A stretch of 63,929 nucleotides of DNA, counting the filler. It is 7 parts of 7 records of this genome, joined end to end, with 100 filler letters (N's around TTAATTAATTAA, not from the genome) between each part and the next. Parts side by side here need not be neighbours in the genome. Positions count along the whole stretch, not along the records: positions 48,549 to 55,625 come from SRR2962707_4221; positions 55,726 to 63,929 come from SRR2962707_4226; 5 more parts are not named here. One strand, given 5' to 3'. A program made the position numbers and the translations under genes. Within the stretch, counting starts at the first letter, position 1. Every line of letters begins with the position of its first letter. Below the pieces are notes generated by a model. It was given only the letters and a program-made list of their open reading frames with translations. It did not search any database and was not told the origin of the DNA. Shown here in pieces: positions 50,800 through 61,261 of this stretch.

Positions 50800-53040
50800 T
50801 TAACCTGCCTTGCTCCGCAAGCTGCCCACGACTGCGTCCAGCGCCCGGTCAATCAGCGCTCCCTGCTCAAGGACGGTCAGACGGCCGCGCCGCATCTCAT
50901 GGGCCAGGTCGGTGCGGGTTTTCTCGATCACCTTGAGCCCCATGCGATTTACGAAAACAAAGCAGTCTGCTTCCTCAATGATGGCGGACAGTTTGCAGCG
51001 GAAGCTGGCCCCGTTGACCAGGTTGAACTCCACCCAATTGCCGATTTCAATAGCATCGATCTGTGCCACATATTCGGCGATGGCGGCGTCCTCAAGCTCC
51101 TGTTGGCGCTCGATGGCAGTCTGATGAGCCGTGGGGATGTCTTCTTCGGGCTCCGGCTCGGGAGAGTCCTCCATGGCCTCGGCCAGCGCGTTGGCTCGGA
51201 AAGCTTCCGTTAACTCGTGCTTGAGGTCCGCCATCATCTCATCCAGCTTGGATGAGTTGTAGGAAACCTCTTCAAGCCCGGCCCGGAGTGACTTCAGCAA
51301 GCCGGGAACCACGCGAACCCACTGATCCCGCTCTTCATCTTCCTGATGCGGATGCAGGCACCAAATGAGGTCATCCACCACGCGGACAGTCTGTAGCCAG
51401 CGGTGTTCCACGTCGTCCCTCAGGTAAGCCAGGAACATCACCCGGCTCCAGCCGTTGATCAGGATGTTCCGCACTGGCTCCTGAAGCTTGTATCGCGCCA
51501 GTTTTTTCTGCAGCAACTGATCGACGGTTTCCTGAGCTTTCTGCGATTTGATACGTCCGCGCTCGGATTCCCGGGTGCGCTGCTCCACCAGGGAGGACTT
51601 GCGGTTTTCCCTTGCCAGGAACTGTTCGAACTCATCGCCCAGGGTTTCAAAGAGTGTTACGTCACCATCGAATTCGTTCAGTATGCGAACGACAATGGCG
51701 TGGATCTGCTCGTACAGCTTGTCGCGGGTTTTCTCGTCACTCTCGCTCCAGCCAATGCCGGCCCGTGCCAGGGAGTTCAGCAGGCGGCGGGCTGGGTGAG
51801 TTGCTTTACTGAAGAATGACTTGTCCTTGATCACCACCTTGAGGATGGGGATCTGTAATCGGCTGATCAGGACCTGCACGGGGGCCGAGAGGTTGTAATC
51901 GTCGAGAATGAATTCAAACAACATGGACACGAGGTTGATCAGGTCCTCGTCCATTTCCGCCAACGCCGGCTTTTTGCCATCGCTGGTCGTTCCGGCCTGT
52001 GCCAGCAACTGTTGGACAACCTGATGGAGGTCAACCATCACCGGCTCGCCGGCACTCAGGTTGCCGCTAATCTGTTCGCCAGGGGGGTGTTGGGGAAGTG
52101 AGCCGAGCAGACTTGCCAGTTCCGCTCCCCCAACGACATGAATATTGGGGTCGGATGCCCGCGGCGGAATGCCTGCGTTGGCGCGCTGGAGCGCCAGCAT
52201 CTGCCGGATCTGGTCGAACATGGCGCCTTCATGGTGCCCTTGCTGACTTTCCGCAGCAGCGGGTTCCGTCATCGCGCTGGCGTTCCCACCTGTTTCGTCA
52301 GCGTGAGTGCCGGATGCTGTCTTGCTCTGCTGTTTACCAGCCTTGCCGTGGTAGCGGAAATTCGGAATCACGCCGGCCTGGATGAGGATTCGGTTGGCTT
52401 CGTCCAGCAACATGCCAAGGTTGGAAACAACGTAACGATCAAATTGCTTGAGCAGAATCAGGCGTTCGCGTATCTGGATTTCCAGCGCCTGGATGGCTTC
52501 CACAAAGGCGCTGCAGAGATGTTCCGGCGCCATGGGGTTAACCGGCGCTTCGTCACTGGCGCCCGGATAAACCACGCTGAAGCGTGTCTGCAGTTGTAAC
52601 AGGGGACCCTGAAAGTGGACCTTGGACTTGGTGATCATGGCATTGAGGGCAACCTGTTCTTCCAGGTCGTCATCGCCTACCAGCGACAGGCTGTCTGAGC
52701 TGGTCTGGCTGGCTAGACTTTCGTCGGCTGCCACGCTGCCGCTTTGAGGCGGATTGGCGAACAGTTGTGCTACCGCATTCTGGAAGTGACGCTCTACACC
52801 CTTCCGCTTGATGCGAATTTCGCGCATGGCCTCGAAATAGCGGTTCTGCTCGTTGTTGCTTCTGGCGTTGTTTGCCAGCTCGAACAGCGAGTCATCAACT
52901 GCATCAAATGCACCCTGCAACAAATCCCCCAGTCCAGCAACGACAGTGTCGCGGATGCGAACCACCTGCGCAGGTACGGGATTTGAGCTCCCTGCCTCCC
53001 GGTGCTCGCGGAGATAATGTATGCCGGACTGCTTATTCAT
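50800..53040 (-). CDS. DUF1631 family protein
   Basis: VDDSLFELA, NPMAP, INLVSMLFEFIL, RLQIPILKV, HPARRLLN and C-terminal GNWVEF..CKL..FVNRMG. Confidence 0.88.
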   Translation of the reverse strand: MNKQSGIHYLREHREAGSSNPVPAQVVRIRDTVVAGLGDLLQGAFDAVDDSLFELANNARSNNEQNRYFEAMREIRIKRKGVERHFQNAVAQLFANPPQSGSVAADESLASQTSSDSLSLVGDDDLEEQVALNAMITKSKVHFQGPLLQLQTRFSVVYPGASDEAPVNPMAPEHLCSAFVEAIQALEIQIRERLILLKQFDRYVVSNLGMLLDEANRILIQAGVIPNFRYHGKAGKQQSKTASGTHADETGGNASAMTEPAAAESQQGHHEGAMFDQIRQMLALQRANAGIPPRASDPNIHVVGGAELASLLGSLPQHPPGEQISGNLSAGEPVMVDLHQVVQQLLAQAGTTSDGKKPALAEMDEDLINLVSMLFEFILDDYNLSAPVQVLISRLQIPILKVVIKDKSFFSKATHPARRLLNSLARAGIGWSESDEKTRDKLYEQIHAIVVRILNEFDGDVTLFETLGDEFEQFLARENRKSSLVEQRTRESERGRIKSQKAQETVDQLLQKKLARYKLQEPVRNILINGWSRVMFLAYLRDDVEHRWLQTVRVVDDLIWCLHPHQEDEERDQWVRVVPGLLKSLRAGLEEVSYNSSKLDEMMADLKHELTEAFRANALAEAMEDSPEPEPEEDIPTAHQTAIERQQELEDAAIAEYVAQIDAIEIGNWVEFNLVNGASFRCKLSAIIEEADCFVFVNRMGLKVIEKTRTDLAHEMRRGRLTVLEQGALIDRALDAVVGSLRSKAG

Positions 53041-53323
53041 GGCCGACTCCTGTGTACGCCTCAACCGGATACATGACCGAGCTTACAGCTGTATTTTTTC
53101 TTTATACGTTAAATCTACCGCATTTTAACACGCGGTAACATGACCAAACGCTAACAAAACCCACTAATGTTCCAAAGCACCCTAAGGAACGGCGGATCAT
53201 ATGCCTTACGGCATGTTGTTATTATTTTTTGCGTGACTCCAGTCTTGGGTGGAACCGCATTTCGGTCAAGAAAAATATTAAAATTTGATCTTTCTAAATA
53301 GTCAGGTGTTATAGCCAGATGAT

Positions 53324-54601
53324 CTAGCCCATAGCGCGCTTTTTCTTCTTTTTGGGGTGAACGATCGCAGCCTTGACCACATTGTCCTTGATTTGGAGCA
53401 CCTCAACGCGGTGCCCGCCCACCTTCAGGCACACGTTGGTGTCCGGGATGTTTTCCAGGGTTTCGGTGATGAGGCCGTTGAGTGTTTTGGGGCCATCAAT
53501 AGGTAGCTTCCAGCCAAGGGTTTTGTTGATGGTTCGCACAGCGGACGTACCATCGATGATGTATGTGCCGTCGTCCTGGGGAATGATGTCGGGGCTGGTG
53601 GCGGCGTAATCGGTGGTGAATTCGCCAACGATCTCCTCAAGAATGTCTTCCAGTGTCGCCAGGCCGAGTACTTCTCCGTACTCGTCAACAACGATGCCGA
53701 AGCGTCGTTTCTCCTTCTGAAAGTTGATCAGTTGGGTGTTGAGGGGTGTGCTTTCCGGAATGAAATAGGGCTCACGGCACAGCTGCATCAGCATGGCCTT
53801 GTTGATTTCATCGTGAAGCAGGAGTTTTGAGGCGTTGCGCAGGTGAAGCACGCCCTGAATGTTGTTGATGTCCCCCTTGAACACCGGCAAGCGAGTGTGC
53901 TGACTGCTTCTTAGTTGGCGCAGGATGGTGTCCAGGTCATCATCCAGATCGATGCCGACCACCTCGTTGCGTGGCACCATGATGTCGTTCACGGTCACTT
54001 TTTCAAGGTCGAGGATGCTAACCAGCATGTCCTTGTGTTTGGCTGGGATCAGTGCGCCCGCCTCATTTACAAGGGTTCTCAGTTCTTCGCGGCTGAGGTG
54101 CTCGTTGGCGGCATCGTCGGCGGACACGCCGATGATCTTCAGGATGGCGCCTGTAAACAGATTAACCGCCCAAACCACGGGATAGAGTAATTTGAGCAGC
54201 GGTCCCAGTACGTGGCTGGCTGGAAAGGCAATCTTTTCGGGAAACAGTGCAGCAAGGGTTTTGGGGGTGACTTCCGCAAAAATCAGGATAACGATGGTCA
54301 GCAGAACGGTGGCAATGGCAATCCCGGCGTCGCCCCAAATGCGGATGGCGATCACCGTGGCGATGGCTGAGGCAAAGATGTTGACGAAGTTGTTGCCGAT
54401 CAGGATGACGCCGATCAGCTGGTCGGTGCGATTGAGGAGAGACTGGGCTCTGCGGGCGCCTCTATGGCCGGTCTTGGCCATGTGCTTCAGCCGGTACCGG
54501 TTCAGTGACATCATCCCGGTTTCAGAGCTGGAGAAGAAGGCGGAAAGCAGGATGAGTCCTGCCAGGATGATGAACAGCGCAGTAAGCGATGTTTCGTTCA
54601 A
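53324..54601 (-). CDS. HlyC/CorC (CNNM/DUF21 + CBS pair) family transporter, YfjD-like
   Basis: SAFFSSSETG, LIGNNFVN, AEVTPK, DIMVPR and VVDEYG..GLATLEDILEEIVGE. Confidence 0.93.
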   Translation of the reverse strand: MNETSLTALFIILAGLILLSAFFSSSETGMMSLNRYRLKHMAKTGHRGARRAQSLLNRTDQLIGVILIGNNFVNIFASAIATVIAIRIWGDAGIAIATVLLTIVILIFAEVTPKTLAALFPEKIAFPASHVLGPLLKLLYPVVWAVNLFTGAILKIIGVSADDAANEHLSREELRTLVNEAGALIPAKHKDMLVSILDLEKVTVNDIMVPRNEVVGIDLDDDLDTILRQLRSSQHTRLPVFKGDINNIQGVLHLRNASKLLLHDEINKAMLMQLCREPYFIPESTPLNTQLINFQKEKRRFGIVVDEYGEVLGLATLEDILEEIVGEFTTDYAATSPDIIPQDDGTYIIDGTSAVRTINKTLGWKLPIDGPKTLNGLITETLENIPDTNVCLKVGGHRVEVLQIKDNVVKAAIVHPKKKKKRAMG

Positions 54602-54697
54602 GACTGAGTGTCCTTATGTTGCCGACAAGTTGGGAAAATAGGTGGTTGAAAGTCGGGGTGTCAAGTTGGTGTCTGTCCGGGGAAATTCATGGTAGCG

Positions 54698-55504
54698 TCA
54701 GCCGCCCCGGTGAAAGATCAGTTCCAGCACGAACTTGCTTCCATAGAAGGCGAGCATTAACAGGGCGCACCCTGCCAGTGTCCAGCGGCTGGCGGTAATG
54801 CCGCGCCAGCCCTTCGTGTAGCGTCCGATTAGCAATGCGATGAAGACGATGAGTGACAACAGCGAGAACAGCGTTTTGTGGGCCAGATCCTGAGCGAACA
54901 GGTCGTCAATGAACAGGGCGCCGGTCACGATGGCCAGAATCAGCATGACCACGCCTGCCCACACCAGCTCGAACAGCAATGACTCCATGGTCTGCAGCGG
55001 CGGCAGGTTGCGTATCAGGACGCTGTTATAGTTCTGTTTGAGCTGGCGATTCTGCAGGTAAAGCAGCACCGCCTGTATGGCGGCCAGCGTAAACAGGCTG
55101 TAGGCTGTCACCGACAGTGCGATATGGGAGAGCATGCCGTAGTGGTCTTCCGGCACCAATCGGGAAGGGGAGTGAGTAATCAGACCCATAATGATGGTCA
55201 GCGCTGCCAGCGGGTAAACGCCAAGGAAAAGGCTTTGTACCGGTTTGCGAAGGTTGAGGGCTAGCAGCAAAAAAGCGATCAGCCAGGAAATAAGGACAGA
55301 GCTCTGGAAGAAGCCGAAATCGAAACCGCCTTCACGATGAACGGTCTGGGCAATCAACAGTCCATGTGCTGTCAGGGCCAGCAGGCCGATAAGGGTGGTG
55401 ATGGCAATGCTGGTGTGTACCCGTCCCCGGAAGCTGAGAGCCTGCAGGGCGGTACCTACGCTGTAAAGCAATAACGAAGTGACCGCGAGGATCAACGTTC
55501 CCAT
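54698..55504 (-). CDS. ypjD: Cytochrome c assembly (CcsA-like) inner-membrane protein YpjD
   Basis: LPPLQTME, HKT, GWRG and LAFYGSKFV; adjacent to the yfjD-like gene. Confidence 0.88.
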   Translation of the reverse strand: MGTLILAVTSLLLYSVGTALQALSFRGRVHTSIAITTLIGLLALTAHGLLIAQTVHREGGFDFGFFQSSVLISWLIAFLLLALNLRKPVQSLFLGVYPLAALTIIMGLITHSPSRLVPEDHYGMLSHIALSVTAYSLFTLAAIQAVLLYLQNRQLKQNYNSVLIRNLPPLQTMESLLFELVWAGVVMLILAIVTGALFIDDLFAQDLAHKTLFSLLSLIVFIALLIGRYTKGWRGITASRWTLAGCALLMLAFYGSKFVLELIFHRGG

Positions 55505-55625
55505 GACGTCCTTTTTATAACCACTTTCTGACTCGAGATCGGCGGGGTTCCACGCCGATTTGACCGGGCTGGTCGTTTCAGGGCGATAGTCTGGTTATAA
55601 TGTCGCGATTATGCAACAGGAATCA

Positions 55626-55725
55626 NNNNNNNNNNNNNNNNNNNNNNNNNNNNNNNNNNNNNNNNNNNNTTAATTAATTAANNNNNNNNNNNNNNNNNNN
55701 NNNNNNNNNNNNNNNNNNNNNNNNN
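55626..55725. other. Artificial contig linker
   Basis: 44 N + TTAATTAATTAA + 44 N. Confidence 0.98.
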
Positions 55726-56393
55726 TCGCCGCGGTCGTCGGTTTCGCCGTAGCGGTGCAGGGCAGGGGATTTGGTTCCCTCGTAAAGCTTGGCGATCCCG
55801 GCTTTTGCTTTCTCGGTTTCGCGCTCGAACAGGGAATTCCCCTGAAGATCGCTGTCGGCGATGAATGGGCCGAAGTTCTCGACCTCGACCATCCACATGG
55901 CCTGCGCCACGCCGAGCTCGTCAAACCAGTGCACGTCACGAATGCCCTTGATGCCGCGTCCCAGCAGCGCACCGGTGCCGTACCCGACCGTCGTCAGGTA
56001 GATCGCCCCGTGCGGCACGAAGTGCTCTTTGTAGTCCTTCGACGTCATGCCGCCCTTGCCGATGATGATCTTGGCCTTCGAGATCCGGAACCAGTCGTCG
56101 AGCCACTTGGAAAAGCGGAACGACGCGGTGCCGGTCATGGCGGCAAGGGTAAAGCTGCCGTCGGGATTCTGGCGGGCGGCCGGCGAGCAATGAAAATTCG
56201 CGTTGGAGATTTCATGCAGGTGCGCCGGCAGCTGCTCGCCGCCTTCGATGACCTTTTTATAAATGCCTTCACGCGCGGTATAGACGACACCGTTCAGATA
56301 AACGATGTTGCCGATCTCGATGTCTTTCAGATCCTCGGTCTTAACCGGCAGGTTCAGACTGACTGTTTTAAGCTTTCCGCTTCCGGTTCCCAT
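55726..56393 (-). CDS. Fe-S hydro-lyase beta subunit (fumarate hydratase/tartrate dehydratase C-terminal type), 3' truncated
   Basis: VYLNGVVYTARE, TGTASFR, IIGKGGM and ENFGPF..DSDLQGNSL. Start MGTGSG. Confidence 0.88.
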
Positions 56394-57319
56394 CCGACCG
56401 TCTCCCGTCTCATGTAAGGTGTGAACCAGTTCGGGTCGGTGCGATATTCGACCCGGCCGTCTCCGTGCACGCGGGCAACCGCGCGGCGTGACGACAGGCA
56501 AAAGGCATGGACGCTCATCGGCATGCCGCCGGTGTGCGTGTAGCCGCATTCGATGTGGCAATCGATGACCATCGATTTGCCGACGAACCCCATGGCCCCC
56601 ATGCCGATGGAGTTGCCGAGCTCGATCAGCTCCATTTCCAGCTCAGCGGTGCGGGGGTCGGGGTTGCGGTCGCCGACGGTCCGAAGGCAGGCCGCCTGCT
56701 TGCCCAGCACCGAGCAGATATCCTTGGACCCGCCCAGCCCGACACCGATGATGGCCGGCTGACAGGCCAGGCCGCGTTTGCCGAAGGCGACGAGGCAATC
56801 GAGGTAGAACCGTTTGATCCCTTCGATCCCGTCGCCCGGAAACAGCATCCGGTAATCGGTGCCGAACAGACCGCCCTTGTGGACGGTGATGATATCGATC
56901 CAGTCCCCGCCGGGCTCGAACGAATATTCGATTTCGGGCGCATTCAGGCCGACGTTGTTGTTGTGATCCGTGCGCCATAGCGGGTGTACCCGGTTAGGCC
57001 GCAGCGGCACACCGTTTGTGGCCTCGGCGGTGGCGCCGCGGAGCGCTTCCTCAAGCGCGACAGGGCCGCCTTCGAGTTGAGCTTCGTTGCCCATTTTCAC
57101 ATACCAGCGCGGCACGCCGGTATCGGCGCACATGGCGCGCCGGTCTTCCTTGGCGGCCTGATAATTCTCAAGCATGGCATGCAGGACGAAGGACGACAGG
57201 TCGCCTTCTTCCGCATCGGCAGCTTTGCGAAGCCCGGTCAGATAATCGTCCGGGATTTCGATGGCGGCCTTGTCCATGAGAGCAAGCGCCGTCTCCTTGA
57301 TGACGGGCATCGGGATCAT
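56354..57319 (-). CDS. Fe-S hydro-lyase alpha subunit (fumarate hydratase/tartrate dehydratase N-terminal type)
   Basis: MCADTG, PLRPN, ACQPAIIGVGLGG, GMGAMGFVG, THTGGMP and FCLSSRR (three Cys ligands). Confidence 0.9.
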   Translation of the reverse strand: MIPMPVIKETALALMDKAAIEIPDDYLTGLRKAADAEEGDLSSFVLHAMLENYQAAKEDRRAMCADTGVPRWYVKMGNEAQLEGGPVALEEALRGATAEATNGVPLRPNRVHPLWRTDHNNNVGLNAPEIEYSFEPGGDWIDIITVHKGGLFGTDYRMLFPGDGIEGIKRFYLDCLVAFGKRGLACQPAIIGVGLGGSKDICSVLGKQAACLRTVGDRNPDPRTAELEMELIELGNSIGMGAMGFVGKSMVIDCHIECGYTHTGGMPMSVHAFCLSSRRAVARVHGDGRVEYRTDPNWFTPYMRRETVGWEPEAESLKQSV

Positions 57320-57528
57320 TTGAACGTCCTCCACTCGGGGCAGGGCCGGTGGTCCGGCTTTGAACCTCAAGATACCAGAGGAGCCTGAGGCCTGTCCAAC
57401 CCTGCCCGGGTGAAATTTGTCTCGGAATCCATTCCGGTGACGTCGCTTTGGTGATATTTCGTGTCGAAGCGTTACTTGCCCGTGCAGAGGGGTGAGCGTA
57501 CCGTCCGCAGAGTACGGAGTAGCATTTC

Positions 57529-58911
57529 ATGTTTCTGAGCGTATTCGATCTGTTCAAAGTCGGTATCGGCCCGTCGAGCTCGCACACGGTCGGGCCGATG
57601 GTGGCGATGGGCCGGTTTCTGAATTCACTGGCCGAGACCGGCAAGGTGGGTGATGTGTCGCGGGTTGTCGTAACGCTTTATGGCTCGCTCGCCTATACCG
57701 GCAAGGGACACGGCACGGACCGTGCCGTCGTTCTGGGCCTGCTGGGTGAAAAACCGGACCTGATCGACCCGGCGGACGTGACGGCGCTGGTTGACCGTGT
57801 GATCGACAGCAAGTTCCTGACCGGCGGGCCGTTATCCGGTGTGGGTTTTGATTTCGAAAAGGATATACTTTTCGATTTCGATGCACCTTTGGATGAGCAT
57901 ACCAACGGGATGCTGGTCACCGCCTATGACGGCACAGGAAACCCCGTCCTCAGTGATACATATTTTTCCGTGGGCGGCGGTTTCGTCGTGACCCGGGATG
58001 AATTTGCCGACTTTGCCGATCAGGGTATCGATTATCCGGATGTGCCGTATCCGTTTCAGACGGCGCAGGAAATGCTGAACATGGGCAAGGCATCGGGGCT
58101 GACGATTGCCGAAATGAAGCTCGCCAATGAAAACGTGATGCACACGGAACGCGACCTGCGGGCCGGGCTGGACCGAATCTGGTCGGTCATGAAGGACTGC
58201 ATGGACCGGGGTATTTCAACCGACGGGCAGTTGCCGGGTGGCCTGAAGGTCAAGCGCCGGGCGCGGCAGATATCCGACGCTTTGGAAGCGGACCAGACAC
58301 GCAACGTCAAGTATGCCCATTCGGTGATGGACTGGATCAGCCTCTATGCCATCGCGGTGAATGAGGAAAATGCCGCCGGCGGCCGTATCGTGACGGCGCC
58401 GACCAACGGGGCGGCGGGGGTGATCCCGGCGACGATCCGCTACTATCTGGAATTCTGCCCGGATGCATCCGAAGACACCGTAGACGACTTTCTGCTGACG
58501 GCGGCGGCAATCGGCGGGATCATCAAAACCAAGGCGTCGATTTCTGGCGCCGAAGTCGGCTGTCAGGGCGAAGTCGGCTCAGCCGCGGCGATGGCCGCGG
58601 CGGGGCTGTGCGCGGTCCTTGGCGGCACCAACGCGCAGATAGAGAACGCGGCCGAAATCGCCATTGAGCACCATCTGGGCATGACCTGTGATCCGGTCGG
58701 CGGGCTGGTTCAGGTGCCCTGCATCGAGCGCAATGCCATGGGCGCAGTGAAGGCCGTCAATGCGGCATCCCTGGCGCTCCGTGGTGACGGCACGCACTTC
58801 GTGCCGTTGGACAGCGCCATTGAAACCATGCGCCAGACCGGCGTCGATATGCTGTCCAAGTACAAGGAAACATCCGAAGGCGGCCTGGCGGTTAATGTAA
58901 CGGAGTGTTGA
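57529..58911 (+). CDS. sdaA: L-serine ammonia-lyase (Fe-S, single chain)
   Basis: [35 protein letters not shown] and [20 protein letters not shown]. Confidence 0.96.
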   Translation: MFLSVFDLFKVGIGPSSSHTVGPMVAMGRFLNSLAETGKVGDVSRVVVTLYGSLAYTGKGHGTDRAVVLGLLGEKPDLIDPADVTALVDRVIDSKFLTGGPLSGVGFDFEKDILFDFDAPLDEHTNGMLVTAYDGTGNPVLSDTYFSVGGGFVVTRDEFADFADQGIDYPDVPYPFQTAQEMLNMGKASGLTIAEMKLANENVMHTERDLRAGLDRIWSVMKDCMDRGISTDGQLPGGLKVKRRARQISDALEADQTRNVKYAHSVMDWISLYAIAVNEENAAGGRIVTAPTNGAAGVIPATIRYYLEFCPDASEDTVDDFLLTAAAIGGIIKTKASISGAEVGCQGEVGSAAAMAAAGLCAVLGGTNAQIENAAEIAIEHHLGMTCDPVGGLVQVPCIERNAMGAVKAVNAASLALRGDGTHFVPLDSAIETMRQTGVDMLSKYKETSEGGLAVNVTEC

Positions 58912-58920
58912 GTCCGGGCC

Positions 58921-59679
58921 TCAGGTTTCGGCGCCGCCATTGACCTGAAGCAGCTGCCCGTTGATGAAGGCGCCGCCGTCCGAGGCCAGAAGGGCGACCA
59001 TGGCACCGATTTCCTCGTTTTTGCCGAGTCTGCCGATTGGCACCCGCCCGACCATGCCTTCGATGTGCGCACGCATTTCCGGATCCGCTTCATCGGGGCC
59101 GATGGGGCCGGGTGAAATGATGTTCGTGGTGATACCCTGTTTGCCGAACTCCTTGGCCAACGACTTGGTCAGGCCCCACGATGCATGTTTGGACACGCTG
59201 ACGGGCGCGCGGCCGTTATAGCCGTGAATGGCGTTCATGCCGGCGAAGTTGATGATCCGGCCCCAGCCGCCATCGATCATGCCCGGCAGACAGAGTTTCG
59301 CCAACCGGCGCGCGGCGTGGAAATCGATATTCAGAATACGTTCCCATTCGTCTTCACCGGTTTCGAGAAACGGGCTGTTGGGGCGGATCGCGGCGTTGTT
59401 GACGAGGATATCGATGCGGCCGAAGGCCTTGGTGCTCTCGGCCACCATCTTTTCCAGATCGCCGGAGTTGCCGACATCGCCCATGCAGACAAGTGCATCT
59501 ACGCCCAGGGCACGGGCTTCGTCTGCGACAGCCTCACAGGCGGCGCTGTTCGATGATCCATTGACGATGACATTGATACCGTCCTTGGCCAGCGCAAGTG
59601 CCGATGCGCGACCGATATTCCGTCCCGAGCCCGTGATCAGGGCGGTGCGTCTTGTCTCTCCCATAATTTTTTTCTCCAT
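58921..59679 (-). CDS. SDR family oxidoreductase (FabG-like, atypical active site)
   Basis: TGSGRNIG, VNNAA and ISPGPI. The usual YxxxK position reads VSVSK. Confidence 0.9.
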   Translation of the reverse strand: MEKKIMGETRRTALITGSGRNIGRASALALAKDGINVIVNGSSNSAACEAVADEARALGVDALVCMGDVGNSGDLEKMVAESTKAFGRIDILVNNAAIRPNSPFLETGEDEWERILNIDFHAARRLAKLCLPGMIDGGWGRIINFAGMNAIHGYNGRAPVSVSKHASWGLTKSLAKEFGKQGITTNIISPGPIGPDEADPEMRAHIEGMVGRVPIGRLGKNEEIGAMVALLASDGGAFINGQLLQVNGGAET

Positions 59680-59818
59680 TGATGTGCCATAGGTGGGGTG
59701 TCGGCGGGTTCACTAAACCATAGATGGCCCCCGGGATAAATAACCGGGAATGGGGGGTTTAAGTCGCGGGACTGAGCGGCTATCAAGCCAGAGTAACGAT
59801 TACCCGGAGGATACGGAC

Positions 59819-61210
59819 ATGACCGAACGTCGCAACATGGATGAACTTGAAACGCTGGACCGGGCGCATTTTCTGCATGCCTCGTCTGATATCAAGGGAC
59901 ACGCAAACGGCACCACGCCGACACGCGTCATCGAAAGCGGCGAAGGGGTCTACATCACAGACCGCAACGGCAGGAAAAGTCTGGATGCTTTTGCCGGGCT
60001 TTATTGCGTCAACATCGGCTATGGCCGGACCGAAGTCGCAGATGCGATTTCCGAACAGGCGCACAAGCTGGCGTTCTATCATGCCTATGTCGGACACGGG
60101 ACCGAAGCTTCAATCCGACTGGCAGCCAAGGTCATTGATCTTGCGCCGGATCACATGAGCCGGGTCTATTTCGGCCTGTCCGGGTCGGATGCGAATGAAA
60201 CCAACATCAAGTTTGTCTGGTACATGAACAATATTCTCGGCCGGCCCGAGAAAAAGAAGATCATCTCGCGTGAGCGTGGCTATCACGGGTCCGGTCTGAT
60301 GACCGGCAGCCTGACCGGGCTGCCGCTGTTCCACAAAGCCTTCGACCTGCCGTTCGACCGGGTTTTGCATACCCAGTGCCCGCATTTCTGGAAATACGCC
60401 GAACCGGGGATGACAGAGCAGGAATTCTCGGATGACTGCGCCGCCAAACTGGAAGCGATGATTCTCGAGGAAGGGCCGGACACGGTCGCGGCCTTTATTG
60501 GTGAGCCGTTCATGGGTACCGGTGGGCTGATCCCGCCGCCCGAGGGGTACTGGCCGGCGATCCAGAAGGTTCTCGACAAATACGACGTCATGCTGATCGC
60601 CGACGAGGTCGTGACCGGCTTCGGCCGGCTGGGATCGTGGTTCGGTTCCGAACATTACGGCATGAAGCCGGACATCATCACCATCGCCAAGGGGCTGACC
60701 AGCGCCTATGCACCGTTGTCGGGGTCTATTCTCTCCGAGCGGGTCTGTGAAATTCTCGATCAGGGGTCGGAAGATCTGGGGCCGATCGGCCACGGCTGGA
60801 CCTATTCAGCGCATCCGATCGGTGCGGCTGCCGGACTTGCCAACCTCAGGCTGATCGAAAACGAGGATATGGTCGGGAACGTGCGGTCCACCGGTGCCTA
60901 TTTTCAGGACAGCATGCGTGCGGCTTTTGCCGGTCATCCCATGGTCGGCGAAGTGCGGGGTGAGGGACTTCTGGCGGCGATTGAATTCGTCGCCGACAAG
61001 GATACCCGGACGTTCTTCGATCCGGCACTCAAGGTCGGCGCCAAGATGTCGGCAGCGGCGCTGGAGAACGGCGTCATCGCCCGGGCCATGCCGCATGGTG
61101 ATATCCTCGGCTTTGCGCCGCCGCTCTGTATCGCCAAGGAAGAAGTCGACGAGATCATTGCCGCCGTATCGAAGGCGCTGGACAGCGTTTACGCCGACGT
61201 GAAGGGCTAA
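59819..61210 (+). CDS. Class III PLP aminotransferase, DoeD/Atf (diaminobutyrate transaminase)-like
   Basis: DAFAGLYCVN, HAYVGHGTEASI, GSDANETN, GYHGSG, DEVVTGFGR and IAKGLTSAY. Confidence 0.9.
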   Translation: MTERRNMDELETLDRAHFLHASSDIKGHANGTTPTRVIESGEGVYITDRNGRKSLDAFAGLYCVNIGYGRTEVADAISEQAHKLAFYHAYVGHGTEASIRLAAKVIDLAPDHMSRVYFGLSGSDANETNIKFVWYMNNILGRPEKKKIISRERGYHGSGLMTGSLTGLPLFHKAFDLPFDRVLHTQCPHFWKYAEPGMTEQEFSDDCAAKLEAMILEEGPDTVAAFIGEPFMGTGGLIPPPEGYWPAIQKVLDKYDVMLIADEVVTGFGRLGSWFGSEHYGMKPDIITIAKGLTSAYAPLSGSILSERVCEILDQGSEDLGPIGHGWTYSAHPIGAAAGLANLRLIENEDMVGNVRSTGAYFQDSMRAAFAGHPMVGEVRGEGLLAAIEFVADKDTRTFFDPALKVGAKMSAAALENGVIARAMPHGDILGFAPPLCIAKEEVDEIIAAVSKALDSVYADVKG

Positions 61211-61212
61211 CG

Positions 61213-61261
61213 GCCCCTCACCCGGCGCGCAAGCGCGCCACCCTCTCCCAAGGGAGAGGGG
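61213..61261. repeat. Alphaproteobacterial intergenic palindromic repeat (CCCCTCACCC...CCCTCTCCC..GGGAGAGG type) between convergent genes
   Basis: GCCCCTCACCC-GGCGCGC AA GCGCGCC-A-CCCTCTCCC AA GGGAGAGGG double hairpin. Confidence 0.75.
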
